Of a stretch of DNA of 64,000 bases, positions 1-13,900 are shown piece after piece. The stretch lies in assembly GCF_026571515.1 (NCBI RefSeq), contig NW_026854266.1, forward strand, positions 186,001 through 250,000. The letters are read 5' to 3'. The stretch comes from Ruditapes philippinarum. Lineage: Eukaryota. The notes below the pieces were generated by a model. That model worked only from the letters and a program-made list of their open reading frames with translations. It had not been told where the DNA came from and did not search any database. Position numbers and translations under genes: made by a program. How positions within the stretch are numbered: the stretch's first letter is position 1; every line of letters begins with the position of its first letter.

Positions 1-382
1 TCTACCCATTAAAATGTCATCGGATGTGGGAGTAAAGATATGAAAAAAATGTGTGTGACATTTGAACAACAACAAAAAACACTTCAAAACAGACATGTAC
101 TTTTGTTGTTACTGCTTAAAGCAAACTACTCGAGTTTAAAAACCACAACCATACTGTATGCATCGTTAATTCTGTGTCCAAATCATAAGCACAGAAATAA
201 CTTATCTATCAATGAGAACTGTAAACTTTGCAGTGTAACAATCTTGTCAAGCAAAAAATAAATTTTATGACCAACCCATGTTTTTATTAACAATAGCCTT
301 TACCTGATAAAAACAATACACAACATTTTGATACTTAATAAAAGCCCCACACATGCTATTGTTATATTTATACCTTAATCTT

Positions 383-734
383 TTAAAGCAGCAGCCTCCA
401 GATTCATGTTAATTTTCATGAAAATTTTGAAAATGTATTTGAATGTGTAATATTGTGAATTAACCAAGGGAAGCAATAAACACATTATCAATTGCACTTA
501 CAAACCAGGTAAATTACCAAAAAGTGGTCAAAATATGCATAAATAGCCTTTACTGTTTTAGTAACAAAGTAGAAATTTAATTGTAAGTACTGAAAAATCA
601 GTCATTAATTGCACATAATATGTTAAATAGTACTTGAATCTTGAAACTTTTTACTCTTCCTTACATCTTGTTACATTTTTCTCAAGTTTGATTTTATTGA
701 AATATTATGACTCATCTGGAGGCATGTAGCTTAA
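383..734. mobile_element. TTAA-flanked MITE (Kolobok-like); related copy at ~44802-45176
   Basis: TTAA-AGCAGCAGCCTCCAGAT ... ATCTGGAGGCATGTAGC-TTAA; internal sequence shared with the copy in MARF1 intron 9. Confidence 0.65.
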
Positions 735-2446
735 GTGCCTGTGGAACATCATAAATAAAGGTTTAGTTTACAATATCCATTACGAAGAAAGAATAAAACA
801 ATTATCAATTTTTATCATTTTAATTATCTAGTTTGTTTTGTTTCTTGTAATCTTGTATCTTAAAAATACTCTGCACTCTTAAGAAAATGATCATCAAGTT
901 TTACTTTCTTAAACACTCAAGTTCATATATGCACTAAAGTTTTATGCAGTAATGTGTTACTACCTAATAATTTCCTGTATTACAGGTTTTTTTAAATTTT
1001 TTCCTTCCAGCTTCAGTTTCACAAAACAATTGTTTTAACACTAGATGTATGTATAAGGTTACATCATGACATGTTCTTTATCACGGTGAACCATCCATAA
1101 ATATCAACATTTCCCAGGTCATCTTATTTCATATGCCAACCATTACCAAAACTAATCTTTTTATATGGACTTGCCTTTCTAGGAAAAGACTGTTTTTCAA
1201 AAAAATATTATTTTTATCTAGGTGAAAAAAGTAAGCAAACTATATAGAGCCTGGTCAGACTGCAAGGGAATTCTGGCTCCATTCTGGTGCTATGGACAAT
1301 CTATCATAACTCATTGCTGGATGGGAAACCTTAAATCAAACAAAACTGGTAAAACAAATTATATAATTTCCAAAACAGGTACAAACTTAATACCAGTGAA
1401 GTATTATTTTCCAAAAATGTGCAAAATTGTATACAACAATAGTATTGGATTGGGTAAAGGCAAAAATTATGAAAATTATACATTATCTTATTTCAAGCAA
1501 TTGTTTCTGATGATCTTGAGATACAGATATGCCAAGCATGTTAATATTTTGGTAAACTAATCTTCTTCATTGAAATATTTGTAAAGACCATTTAAACATT
1601 AACACAATTAGGTATACTTTGTTCAAATGTGATTTCCTATTTTTTTTTAACTAATTAAAGACAGACACAGGTACTACATTACTGTGGATTACACCTGTTA
1701 ACAACTATCTGTTTATGCTATAAGAATATTAGAATAGGTATTATATCTTAATTGCATAGATTAGTATGATTAGGATTACCTTCAAAGTTTTCAAAAAATC
1801 CCCCAAAATATTGAAAAGGCTTTTTCTCTATAAAGCAATACTAAGGTCAAATTGTCCTCCAGGTAAATGTGACACATGACAAAACCTTGACTGGTTAGCT
1901 GTTCAAGGTAAAAAGAGGTACTCAGGAAGTACAAGGGGTAGGTAAAAAGGGGTATCTGGGAAGTTAAACAGATATCTATTACTGCATATTCCAATACAAA
2001 ACGATTGACATATGCACGATTTAGTGCTACTAACTTTAACAACAGATTTTATTATTGTAAGATTTTCCTTTTAAATTTTCAAGTTATCAAGAGGTACGCT
2101 GCTTTGAAGCATTAAAAATTGACACTAAAATTTGACTTTTTATATTCCTATCCTATCCTTTTCTTCGATACAAAATCACATACAAAAACACTCCACTTAA
2201 GTTTGTCCAAACTACATAAAATGAGCCATTATTGCCAATGAAATGTTTAACTGAGGCTTAATAACAAATATCTGAACAATGACAATTGTTACAATTACAA
2301 TTAGTAATCTCTTTATATCATTTATTTTATTAATTTCTTTATACTGATTGCACTGAAAATTACATGTTACTCAAATATTATTATGTAATGTATATGATGA
2401 TGTACTATGTACAAATCAGAAATAAAATATCTGTTCTGTTCTGTTA

Positions 2447-2910
2447 AATTAGCCAATTAAATGTAGAATTTGCCAATGAAAAAATATTGAATTACACAAT
2501 GAAATGTAGAATTAGCCAATTAAATGTATAATTAGCCAATGAAATGTAGAATAAGCCAAAGAAATGTTTAATAACACAATTAAATGTATAATTAGCCAAT
2601 GAAATGTAGAATAAGCCAAAGAAATGTTTAATTACACAATTAAATGTAGAATTAGCCAATGAAATGTAGAATTAGCCAATTAAATGTTTAATTACACAAT
2701 TAAATGTATAATTAGCCAATGAAATGTTGAATTAGCCACTGAAATGTTGAATTGTACAATGTTATGTTAAATTAATTGATGACAATTATAATTAGCCAAT
2801 AAATTCTGAATGAGCACATGAAAATGTAGAATTAACCCATAAAATGTAGAATGATGAATTGGTTAATAACATAATGTAGAATTAGCCATTGAAATGTAGA
2901 ATTACACTCT
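2447..2910. repeat. 20-bp minisatellite (ATTAGCCAATGAAATGTAGA) with 60-bp higher-order unit
   Basis: Direct inspection; 2521-2580 and 2581-2640 differ at one base. Confidence 0.9.
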
Positions 2911-4859
2911 CTATCCACCATTCACCTTTATCATAGTGTGTAGTTAACTAAATATAATAAATAGTTACACAGGAATGCCAGATCATGGGTACAATCTTTA
3001 TAAGAATGTTAAAAAATAAACAAGCAAATTGTTATCTCTTGTTGTATTTAAATGACAAGACTACAGGCTTCATACAAATATGTTACAGGAAGATAAATTG
3101 TGGTAAACAAAGCATGAAGTCACTGCTTTATTCACTAGAATGAATGTTTTATTTATTTCCTTAAAAGTTATTTTTGTGTGATGACCATGCATTCATTTCA
3201 TCAAAAGATAAAATGTCTGTTCAAACTGTGACAGCTTAACTAAATTTGATAGCACTATCTGGGGAATGAACAGATAATGGTTGCCTTTGATAATTTAATT
3301 GGTTATTGATTTAAATATTTCAGGATATTTTTTTTTATCTTTTTGCTCTATAAAGAGCATATTCAACTTATTTGACAAAAGGGCATAGAAGAAAGTAATC
3401 AGTAGATCCTTGAATAAACCAGTTTACAAACCATTCTGATGTTTAACATGTGTTTTTCTCTTCCCTCCTTTTTACTTTTTTGTTTGATAACATAATGATG
3501 CTACATACAACTTGGTAAAGACACAATTGATTTTGCATGGCAAGTTTTAGGTTTTAAAGTTTTTTTCTATTTTTAGCTTTGTTGGTCCCTTCATCAGCCA
3601 ATGAGCATTATATTAGCAAACTTCAAAAAAGAGAGCACAGAATGACGCTACTGAGCAGATTTAACCATTACAATGCTTAATATCTGATATGGACTTATGC
3701 ATCTTTAAATATGGCCAAAAACATTTATACTGGTAAGTTTTTAGGGATAATTTTGATAATAGTACTGACTGAAAAGCTATCAGTGAGTGCAGACAGTGAT
3801 TTGGTTAGCATCAGTTGCATAGGTATTTTAGATCTAAATGTTAAGTAAACATAGCCTGGTCTTTAAGAGGCAGTGATCATTGTTGACACATAACAACAAA
3901 ATATCAAACCTTCCTGAATACCTTAAATACTGTTTATAAAGTATAAATATTTTTCAAGTAACGAACAACTTCATAACAATTTCATAAAAAAGACAAAGTT
4001 GATTACTTAGTGACATTATGCCCACCTAAGCGTGCAGGTAACATTCAAAATAATTTTACATCTTGCCATAATTGTGTTCAATTTAATATTTTACTACTAA
4101 AAAATAATCAATAATCTATTTGACCCAATGAAATATCAATAAAAAATATCATTTACAATGTATTGGTCGTGTTCAAATTTTAACAAAAAAAGTGGGGCAA
4201 TTTTTTTTATAAGTTAGGTAATTTTTATATCTTATCCTTGAATCTTGAAATAAATTACTTAACACCTCTTGACAGTGGAAAAATAAGCATAAAGTCACTT
4301 TAACACATTAATCTTATTTGAGAAAAGAATTTTAATTTTTGCATTTTTATTCATGATTAAATATTGAATCCTTCAAGTCAAGCAAGAAATATGAAATTCA
4401 AGTAATCCTTTTTGAAGAACCATGCTCTCTCTTTAACTAGCATTTATATTTATTGATTACTTATAATTCATGTAAACTGGAGTAACTATATAGCTCATTT
4501 AAGGACAGAGAACCAAGTAAGAATAACCGAATCAATGTCATACATGAACACACATGTTAAATAATAAATATAAATGGGTATGTTTAATTATCAATGAAAA
4601 TTTCAAACTTTCTCACACAGTTCACGTAAAATAGAAATAATAATATGATAATAATTTCCAAAGCCCATTGTATACAAGTACAAGAGTTTAAATTAAGGAC
4701 ACCTCATACAGCCATGGTAATAAAGTCACATGAGCATTTTTTTGTAAGCAACCATTTTAATATAATATTAAGTATATTTCCAAAGCCCATTGAAAACAAG
4801 AATACAAATAATTTAAATAAAGAACACATCATGTTGCTATTGTAACAATGTCAAATTCA

Positions 4860-4991
4860 TCATTTCGAAGGAAGAGCTGGTCCTAGGTTAACAACCACGT
4901 GGTGCTCGAGCCATGTGATTTGAGGCTCTTGGTTCTCGCTTGGCAATGCCGCCGACGTGTTCACATAGTTGTGCTTGAGTATGAAGCACAC
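4860..4991 (-). CDS. DCTN4: DCTN4 coding exon 13 (terminal)
   Basis: [43 protein letters not shown]. Confidence 0.95.
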   Translation of the reverse strand: MCFILKHNYVNTSAALPSENQEPQITWLEHHVVVNLGPALPSK

Positions 4992-7900
4992 CTGAAATAA
5001 AATCAGATCATCATGACATTAAATTATTGTGATATCAAACTATTGAGATATTAAAGACGTGCTTGCTGTGGGACACAGTTTCTGACTGACAATATGGGCT
5101 CATATGTTCATTTATAGATAAATAATAATAATACAGTTGCGATTACATATCTAACCATGTGACCAGTGATGACAAGTTAGTACCAGTCAAAGTTCTATAT
5201 AGGCTGGTTATGATAACTATCAGTAAATAAGTGTATGAATAAATTATTGTCAATGTAACAAGAGAATAAACATGATAAAAGCAATCAAGCCTTATTTGAT
5301 ATTTATAGCTATATTTAGAAACAAGGAATTTCCAATGGTATTTTTCACTGAAATCACATGTATTATTATACTTTATCAGTATATCATTCTTTATAAAATG
5401 ATAATTATGAATGTTATCATCCATGAAAAGATAATTACCTGTTATTATCTAGGCTTACCGCAATATTAAGCTTCAAAGGTCATGTTTCAGTTTTATTGGG
5501 ATGTTTTGCTTAAAATGTCACTTGTTTAGGACAACTTGTCACTTGTTTATAAAAAACCAAATGAGCCGCGTCACAACAAAACCAATGTAGTGCGTTTGCG
5601 ACCAGCATGGATCCAGACCAGCCTGCACATCCGCAAAGTCTGACCAGGATCCACGCTGTTCGCTTTCAAACCCTATTACAAGTAGCAAAACTGATAGCGA
5701 ACAGCATGGATCAGACTGCGCAGATGCGCAGGCTGGTCTGGATCCATGCTGGTCGCAAACGCATTATGTTGGTTTGTCGTGACGTGGCTCAAATTACATT
5801 CCATTGAAAAAGGAGCGGAGAGTTATTTAACTAGAGATGTACTTCTTGTGTAATGTACAAAGTAATAAGAATGATAAAATGAATGCCATCTTTAAAAACA
5901 ACTGCTATAGCTTAAAGGTTTAACTGTCACTGTTACATATGAGAGGGAAATAGGTTTCAGCCCCACTAATCCCTTAACATGTTTTGTAATATGACTGTAG
6001 TTTAATCGTTCCAGAAAGCAGACTAAATAGTGATCAATACAAGAAGAAAGAACATGTTTCACTATCAAGCTTACTGACTTTGATAAATTGAGCTTACTGA
6101 CTTTGTTAATTGATTTTTCATGCCTTGAACTGACTTTGTTTAATTGATTTGCCATGTCTTGAATTGACTTTAATTGATTTGCCATGCCTTAAACTGTCTT
6201 TGTTTAATTGATTTGCCATGCATTAAACTGATTTTGTTAAATCAATTTGCCATTACTTAAACTGACTGTTTCATTTATTTGCAATGCATTGAACTGACTT
6301 TAATTGATTTGCCATGCCTTAAACTTACTTTGTTTAACTGATTTGTCATGCCTTGACTTTGTTTAATCGATTTGCAATGCCTTAAACTGACTATTTCATT
6401 TATTTGCAATGCATTGAACTGACTTTGTTTAATTGATTTGCAATGCCTTGAACTGACTTTAATTGATTTGCCATGAATTAAACTGACTTTGTTTAATTGA
6501 TTTGCCATGCCTTAAACTTACTTTGTTTAACTGATTTGTCATGCCTTGACTTTGTTTAATTTATTTGCAGTGGCTAAAACTAACTTTATTTCATTTATTT
6601 GCAATGCCTTGAACTGACTTTGTTTAATTGATTTGCCATGTCTTGAATTCACTTTAATTTATTTGCCATGCCTTAAACTGACTTTGTTTAATTGATTTGC
6701 CATGCCGTGAACTGTCTTTGTTTAATTGATTTGCCATACCCTGAACTGTTTAATAGATTTGCCATGCCCTGAACTGTATTTAATTAATTTGCCATGCCCT
6801 GAACTGACTTTGTTTAATTGATTTGCCATGCCTTGAACTGACTTTGTTTAATTGATTTGCCATGCCTTGAACTGACTTTAACTTGTCATGTTAACTTGAA
6901 CTGACTTTGTTTAATTGATTCGAAATGCCTTGAACTGACTTTAATTGATTTGACCTGCCTTGAATTTGGAACAGCCTGGTCAGAATGCATGAAAGTGAAG
7001 GCTTGCCAGGCTCAATACTGGTTGCAAAGGCTAATCATTTTAACTTTCAGTAGGTTTAAGGGTTAAAAAATATTCACCTTCACATCTCCATCCTGTGCTT
7101 GAGGTGTTACCTTGAAGATCACCCCAAGCCTGTTAGCTTTACGAAATGATACAACACTGAAAATAGATAATACAATACAATATATAATTATATCACACAA
7201 CTGTGCCGATTGCGACTCCTTAAAAATTATATCGTGCACGGCCATGCGTATATTTTGACATGACTTCATTAGCGTTATACAAACATAGTGTAAAGACGCA
7301 CTAAATGTTAGCATTATACTATAGGCGCGTCAATGAAAAATGACTCTCATTTCAATTTAAACAGGTCTTTATTTTGGGTATGTGATAAATAGAATATTAA
7401 ATTCGTGTAAGCTTATTACTGAATTTATTGAACTTGTTGAATAAATAATATTATGCTCGCCATGGGCTCACATAATATAATTTTATTTAACTTGTGCAAT
7501 AAATTAGGTATTGAACTTACACTCATTCAATATCCTCTATATATTCACAAATGTACATGTATAACAAAATTAATATAAACTAGTATGTATGAATGTATGC
7601 CATCATACTGCACAATTAACCAAATCTGTGTCATCATATTCAGTAGATAAACATGTGAAGTATACATTAATTGCATGTGATCTAAATATAGTACTCATAT
7701 ACTCCTTTTAGATCATATATACACACTTTGTAAGGAGACAATATTTTCCTAAGTGGAGTATGTGCTTGTCTAAAGTATCTGCCTCTATGAGTAAGCCTGG
7801 TGATCATAGGGCGAGCCAAACTGAAGTTTCAACCATGCTTCTTTAAACAACATCAGTACCAGTAAATCCAGGGTTCATGGTTATAAAGAATTTTTCCTAG

Positions 7901-10900
7901 ACTCAAACTTAGATCTAAGGTATCTGATTGCTCGGAAGCCAGCACAGAATGCATACTGGTACTGACAAATGAAAATCCTGAGTTTCAAGACAGAACTCAG
8001 ATAAAGTATTAACGTATAAGTACTAATTTCTGTGGGCTTAATATTCTGTGATTTTTGTTAAAATAAGGGCTATTAAATTTCTGCGTATTTTATTTCTGCG
8101 GTTTTTAAATCTGCGGTGTCGTTATGAACCGCAGAAATAAAGTTCCCTCAGAAAAAAGTACTTACACGGTATAACCTCGAGGCGAGGAAGTTGGAAGTCA
8201 CCGAGTTAACTCCTTATATAATTTTATAAGAGTTAACCCGTTACTGCACTTAATTAACGAAAACTGGAAATAACACTCTTTATTCTAAGCACTAATTAAA
8301 AAAACCACACATTACAGCATGACCTGTATTAATGACACACAATTTCTATTGTATACCACAACTCAGACTTCAAGTGATATCATTAGATGGTTTTATTTCA
8401 TGGAAATGAAGGAATAAATGATGAAATTTAGAACTTATGCAAAGAAAATAGTTCTAATGACTTTACATTGACTGTATTTTATTCATAGAGGCCAATAAAT
8501 ATAAATTTATTTTTTGTCTGACATTTTTTTTATGAACGATAAATAAATAACTCCTAAGAGTCAGCATTAATACCATTATCTTAAATCTGTGAACAGATGT
8601 TAATTCAATAATGATGACAAACAAACACTAAGCCTTTACCTAAAACGAATAAGAAAGTGCTCTACAATAATACAGTCATAGCTTGTACATTGTACTTATA
8701 ATTAACCTAAAGATCTATATTTCCAGGTTAACTGGTTATTGGAACAAAAGTATAAGTCAATATAAGGGAAGACATCTTCCAGTCCAGATATCTTTTAAAA
8801 TAAAAAATATCTTTATATGGAAAAACACCTGAAACCTGAAAAGTCATTTTTATAAACCTGTGCAAGAAAAAAATCAAAAGGAGGAAAAATGACTTATTTC
8901 TAAAACTTAATATACATAGCAGCTACTCAACAATTTGTATTCATTTCTAGTTCCTTGTATTGAATGGTAAAAGAAAAACTTTTCCTTTAATATGTTAGGA
9001 AATGAATAATTCATGAGAACTGGAATTAAACTAATGGCCTGACTCATGCATTTTCTACTGGGTATTTTAGAACATGTCATATTATGACTAACAGGATAAT
9101 GGGTATGATTGAAACTCTTTCATGATTTAATTTAACTCAGTGAGTGAATTTGTGTACATTACATTTCACAATGTCAGATAAATAACTGAATTATAATATT
9201 GAAATGTTCACATAAAATTTCTTTACATTCAATATTTGATTTATTATCTGAATATCTCAAGTACAATATTTTAATCTTTTATGTACGAGGTTAAGATCTA
9301 ATACAATAAGGCAACCTATATAAACATTGAAAACTACAGTGGAAATCCCAACTATAAATAGCAAATAATGTCATCATCAAGGGAGAAAACTCAGAAAATT
9401 AAAATGTACATTGTATATTCAAGAGTTGTCTACCATGCATACACAACACATTTAGGGATATCTTATATTCCTATGTCTTATCCATTCAACAGACATGAAC
9501 AATCTCATAATTGCTACCCCTGACTACATCTGCATGTTTTGTACATTGTTTAGAAAGTTCCTTGACATGTTTAAAATTTGAAATTCTTACATAAATGAAG
9601 CAATTAGAATGGAAAACTTTGCCAAGGTTAATTAATAAACATAATAAGAATTAAATTGAAAAATCAATTTTTTGTGCAATTCTAAATCAGATTGAGAGAA
9701 AAGTGATGCTTTTCATTTTTGGGTTAATTTGTACAGTAAGAATGGGTAGATGATGGAATGACCTGAAAATTTGCACACAACTTATTTGGTTCAGGCCTTC
9801 ATCAAATGGTGCTAAGTCTGTAAAACAGCTTTTATAATGAAAAGTTTAAACTGGGTGCTGTTGTGGACTGCATGTAGTAAATGTTTCTCTCCCTTTAGAT
9901 CTTTCTTTTCATGTTTTATAAAGGTATTCTGTTACATTTATGGTGAGCTAATGAAATTTCCTTAGTTCAAACATAGTTTATTTCAAACAACTTCACAGTA
10001 TATAATATAGAAATAATGCCAATAATTCATGTACACATTACAGGCATAAATTATTATTTGTTTGGGTCGTTACAAACCCTCATTTAGATAGAATTATCTG
10101 GTTTTCTTCAGGCTGTTATCTTATTACTTCCCCGTGGTCCAGGGGTTACACTCTTAGGTCTGGAGTTCAAATCCCAGTTAACAGTTATTGCAACTTTTTT
10201 TTGTTATTGCAACTTTTTTTCTTTCTTTTTTTAAGCCTAATAAACATTGAATTGAATATCAGTGTTGCAAGTAGCCTGATAGCCAATTTACTGCAGTTAT
10301 AACACTGAAAACAGCATTGGTGGCACTATATAAAAACAAATTGGTTTATAATCTCATTATCTCCACCTTTCTGACATTCTGAGACCAAAACATATTCAGC
10401 GCCTTCTGTGCTTTAATTGAAAAGGGATTGGGTTTGAAAGCTGAGCTCATAAAAGCTTTCTCCTTATAGATTTACAATGCATAAAATAATCACTCATTCA
10501 TATAAATCATTCTTTACTTAATGTGTAACATACAAAATTAATATAAATCATTCTTTACTTAATGTGTAAAACATACAAAATTAATATAAATCATTCTTTA
10601 CTTAATGTGTAACATACAAAATTAATATAAATCATTCTTTACTTAATGTGTAACATACAAAATTAATATAGATCATTCTTTACTTAATGTGTAACATACA
10701 AAATTAATATAAATCATTCTTTACTTAATGTGTAACATACAAAATTAATATAGATCAATGCACTCAATGAATTCTTTTTTGTGGACACTGATAGATCTTC
10801 AGAAATATGGCCAATCTACCTTTAAATGAACACTCTTTTTGGGTAAAGATTAACATAAAAACATGAAAACTTTACCATGTGTTAGTGATGAATATCCAAT

Positions 10901-13900
10901 GTAAAATATTGTACAATACATGTATATAGAGGATATTGAATAAGTGAAGATTTAAAACTAGATTTATCGAACACTTCTTGAACACACTTATAATGGAGCT
11001 TCCTTCTGGTGTTTCATTGACATAAATTGACCTTGATTTTAGCAATAAAGAAAATCATAAGACTGAAAAACGAACTTTTGGCGAGTGACTCGAACAGTTC
11101 AACATGAGCACATTATGCACTGATATGTTAAAAATATTTTTTTTTCACAGTGAATAATTTATACAAGTGGTTTAAGAAAGATGTGTCAGTGGCCAGGTTG
11201 TACAATGTCTAACAACAAATCTAGGGGTGGTGAGTTTGATCCCTGCAACTAAAATTACTAAAAAAAGCCACCTGCTTGTGGGGACCACACCTGGCTTTTT
11301 CTTATTTCTCTTATTTCGAAAGTTTTGAGGAAAAATATTACAGTAAAAAGTACAAAACATAATTTTCTTGTAACAAATAAAACTCAATTTTTACAATTGA
11401 CCTTAATAAGAGGTCATTCAAAGGTATAGGTCTTATTTGAATTAATCATCCTGTGAATTTGCCATAAGTGTTTTTTTTGTCCAAGAATGAATCAAATCCA
11501 TCGACAAATAATAAAAGTGTGACAATTTAAGCAAATTTCAATAGTTTCAAACATATTCAGACATTTGACTTTAAAGACCAAGGTCATTTACGAGTCAAGG
11601 ACAAGTTTAGTCTGGTCTAATTGAAGGGCTTATCCAAAGGATTGTTGTGTCCAAGTATGAAGACAATCTATTCAGAAGCACAAAAATAATTGCCAACGTT
11701 CATCTTTCTGGATGGCAACGACAACCTTACTGCAGCAATAGCTCGGAATTTTGCTTTGAAGTTGCACTTAATTTTTCTTAAAATGAGTCTTTAAAAAACA
11801 AGGTTTTGGTAGGGATCTCTTACAGAAGGTTATTTTTTTTTAAAATAGGGATTTCTTTAAAACGAAAGCTTTTGATAGGACAGCATGCTTAACTTTTCTC
11901 AGAGTTTGATAGTAAAGTAATCTTGAATTTTTCTAAGTTCAAAAAGGGTCATAATTCTGTCAAAATCCATGTTAGAGTTATGGGCCTTAGACAGTGGGGA
12001 CAAAATATTGAGGCAAAATATAAACATTGTTTAAAGAGGAAATGGTGCCTTGAGGGCCATTGGTCTTCTCGAGTGTGTTATCTATTTGAGTTTTCTGTTG
12101 CAACTATAAAGAAACTGTTATCACATACAAAATAATGCAAGAATGCAAACTGAGCTCACTATATTTACTAATGTTAATGGCCTTCCTGTATGACCTGCAT
12201 AAGTAAACAGATTTAGCGTATGAAATACCTAGAATCATCTTTGAAGTCCTGTTGTGTATGTAGATCATCGTACATGGACGTGTCATCACGCCCAGCAAGT
12301 ACTAACTCTTTCTTCGGTAGCTCAATCTGTAACAAAAACATTTGAGCCGGGCCATAACAAAACATATCAGGATCCATGCTGTTTGCTATCAGTTTCTGTA
12401 CTTCTAATAGGGTTTATAAGCGAACAGCATGGATCCTGATCAGACTGCGCAGATGCGCAGGCTGGTCTGGATCCATGCTGGTCGCAAACGCACTATGTTG
12501 GTTTTGTTGTGACGCGGCTCATTTCTTTAACTCTGAGCCTGCTGGTGGCATTTAAATCTACCTATGTAACAGTTCAAACCATCATCAGCTAGTAAATCCG
12601 TGTTATCTGATTATGTCTACACTGTTTGCTGTTCAGTTTACAATTCTAAAACGCTTCACATTATTCCCCATCCATTCAAACAGATAGGACTGTCAAGTGA
12701 ATTAAAACATGGTATATGCACAGCATATGACGTCTTGTAACCAAATGAAATCATCTGCAGCATACTTTTATCAATTCTCTTTTTTAAAGCATGTAAGAAT
12801 GGAAATAGACATTCACATTTCTTATGTTGTAGTAAAAAAAATGCAAGGTATTATTCAAATGCTTTATAATTAATCACTCAAGCTAATCAGCGGTCGTGCT
12901 TATATCCCTGCACACTTGACCTTGAACTAAACACTATATACAAATTGATTTATTTCACATGAGAGCAACATAGAAATCAGACTTACCTTGGCTGTTCCAG
13001 ATTCTCCCTCTCTTGGCTCAGCTTGCAGGAACTGTATCTTGGTGTTAGTATTGGCTGGGTTCGAAAAGGTCAGCACAACTTTTGTGTCCTTCTTAAATTT
13101 AAGTTCCCCAGGCTGCATGACCCTTATCTCTGGGATGTGAAGCCTATATGTAAAGGAAAGATGAAAATTGTACATACGAGGATCATCAAATAATAAGTGA
13201 GACAACAAGTATTTTCATTATATATTCACACCAACTTATAAAATATCACTACACTTCACTCGTAAAAGCGTGATGGTCTTTTTCAGTGACACTAGTATAT
13301 GAAGCCTGTATGAAATAAAAAGATAATACTGCAAACTAATTACTTTTCGTGTGGCACTAATTTTCATAGTTTTCATGGGTAGGTCAATCCACGAATTTAA
13401 GATCCAACGAAATTATATTTCATCTGCTGTAAGATTATTTTGCATCATATTATTTACATTTGACCTTTTAAAAATAAACAATCTACAAATTCAAGTACCC
13501 GCAAGAATGTTACAAAACCATGAAATTTCATGCCCACAAAATAAAGGGAATTCACAATACTATATCAAATCTTTAATATCCGAACACTTCTCACAATAAT
13601 GAGTTAAACATGCCCATCAGTATAGAGCCAGGCCAGTCTGCACATCCATGCAATGTAACAAGACTTTATACAGTTGTCATCTCAATTCAATAACTTTTAT
13701 ATATTGCAATACAAGGCTATCACAATTTTATTGTGTTTAGATATTGCAATCCCTTAAACCCATAATAGCCAAATCCCATCAAAGCAAGTCATGCCAATTA
13801 CACATAGCAAGGTAAGGGTTAAAGAAAATAAATTATCTAAAATAAGAAACATGTTTAGCAGCCTGACATGTATAACATTCATATTATTGCAACACAACTT

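Noticed and set aside
1222-1560. 112-aa ORF
   Set aside because: GTG start, overlaps a decayed dispersed repeat, intron-like composition.
5607-5807. Recurrent MDPDQ... ORFs (also 44270-44467, 58011-58193)
   Set aside because: Translations of a palindromic MITE, not a gene family.
5892-6508. Repetitive MANQLNKVS ORFs
   Set aside because: Artefact of the 34-bp minisatellite; the unit length is not a multiple of 3.
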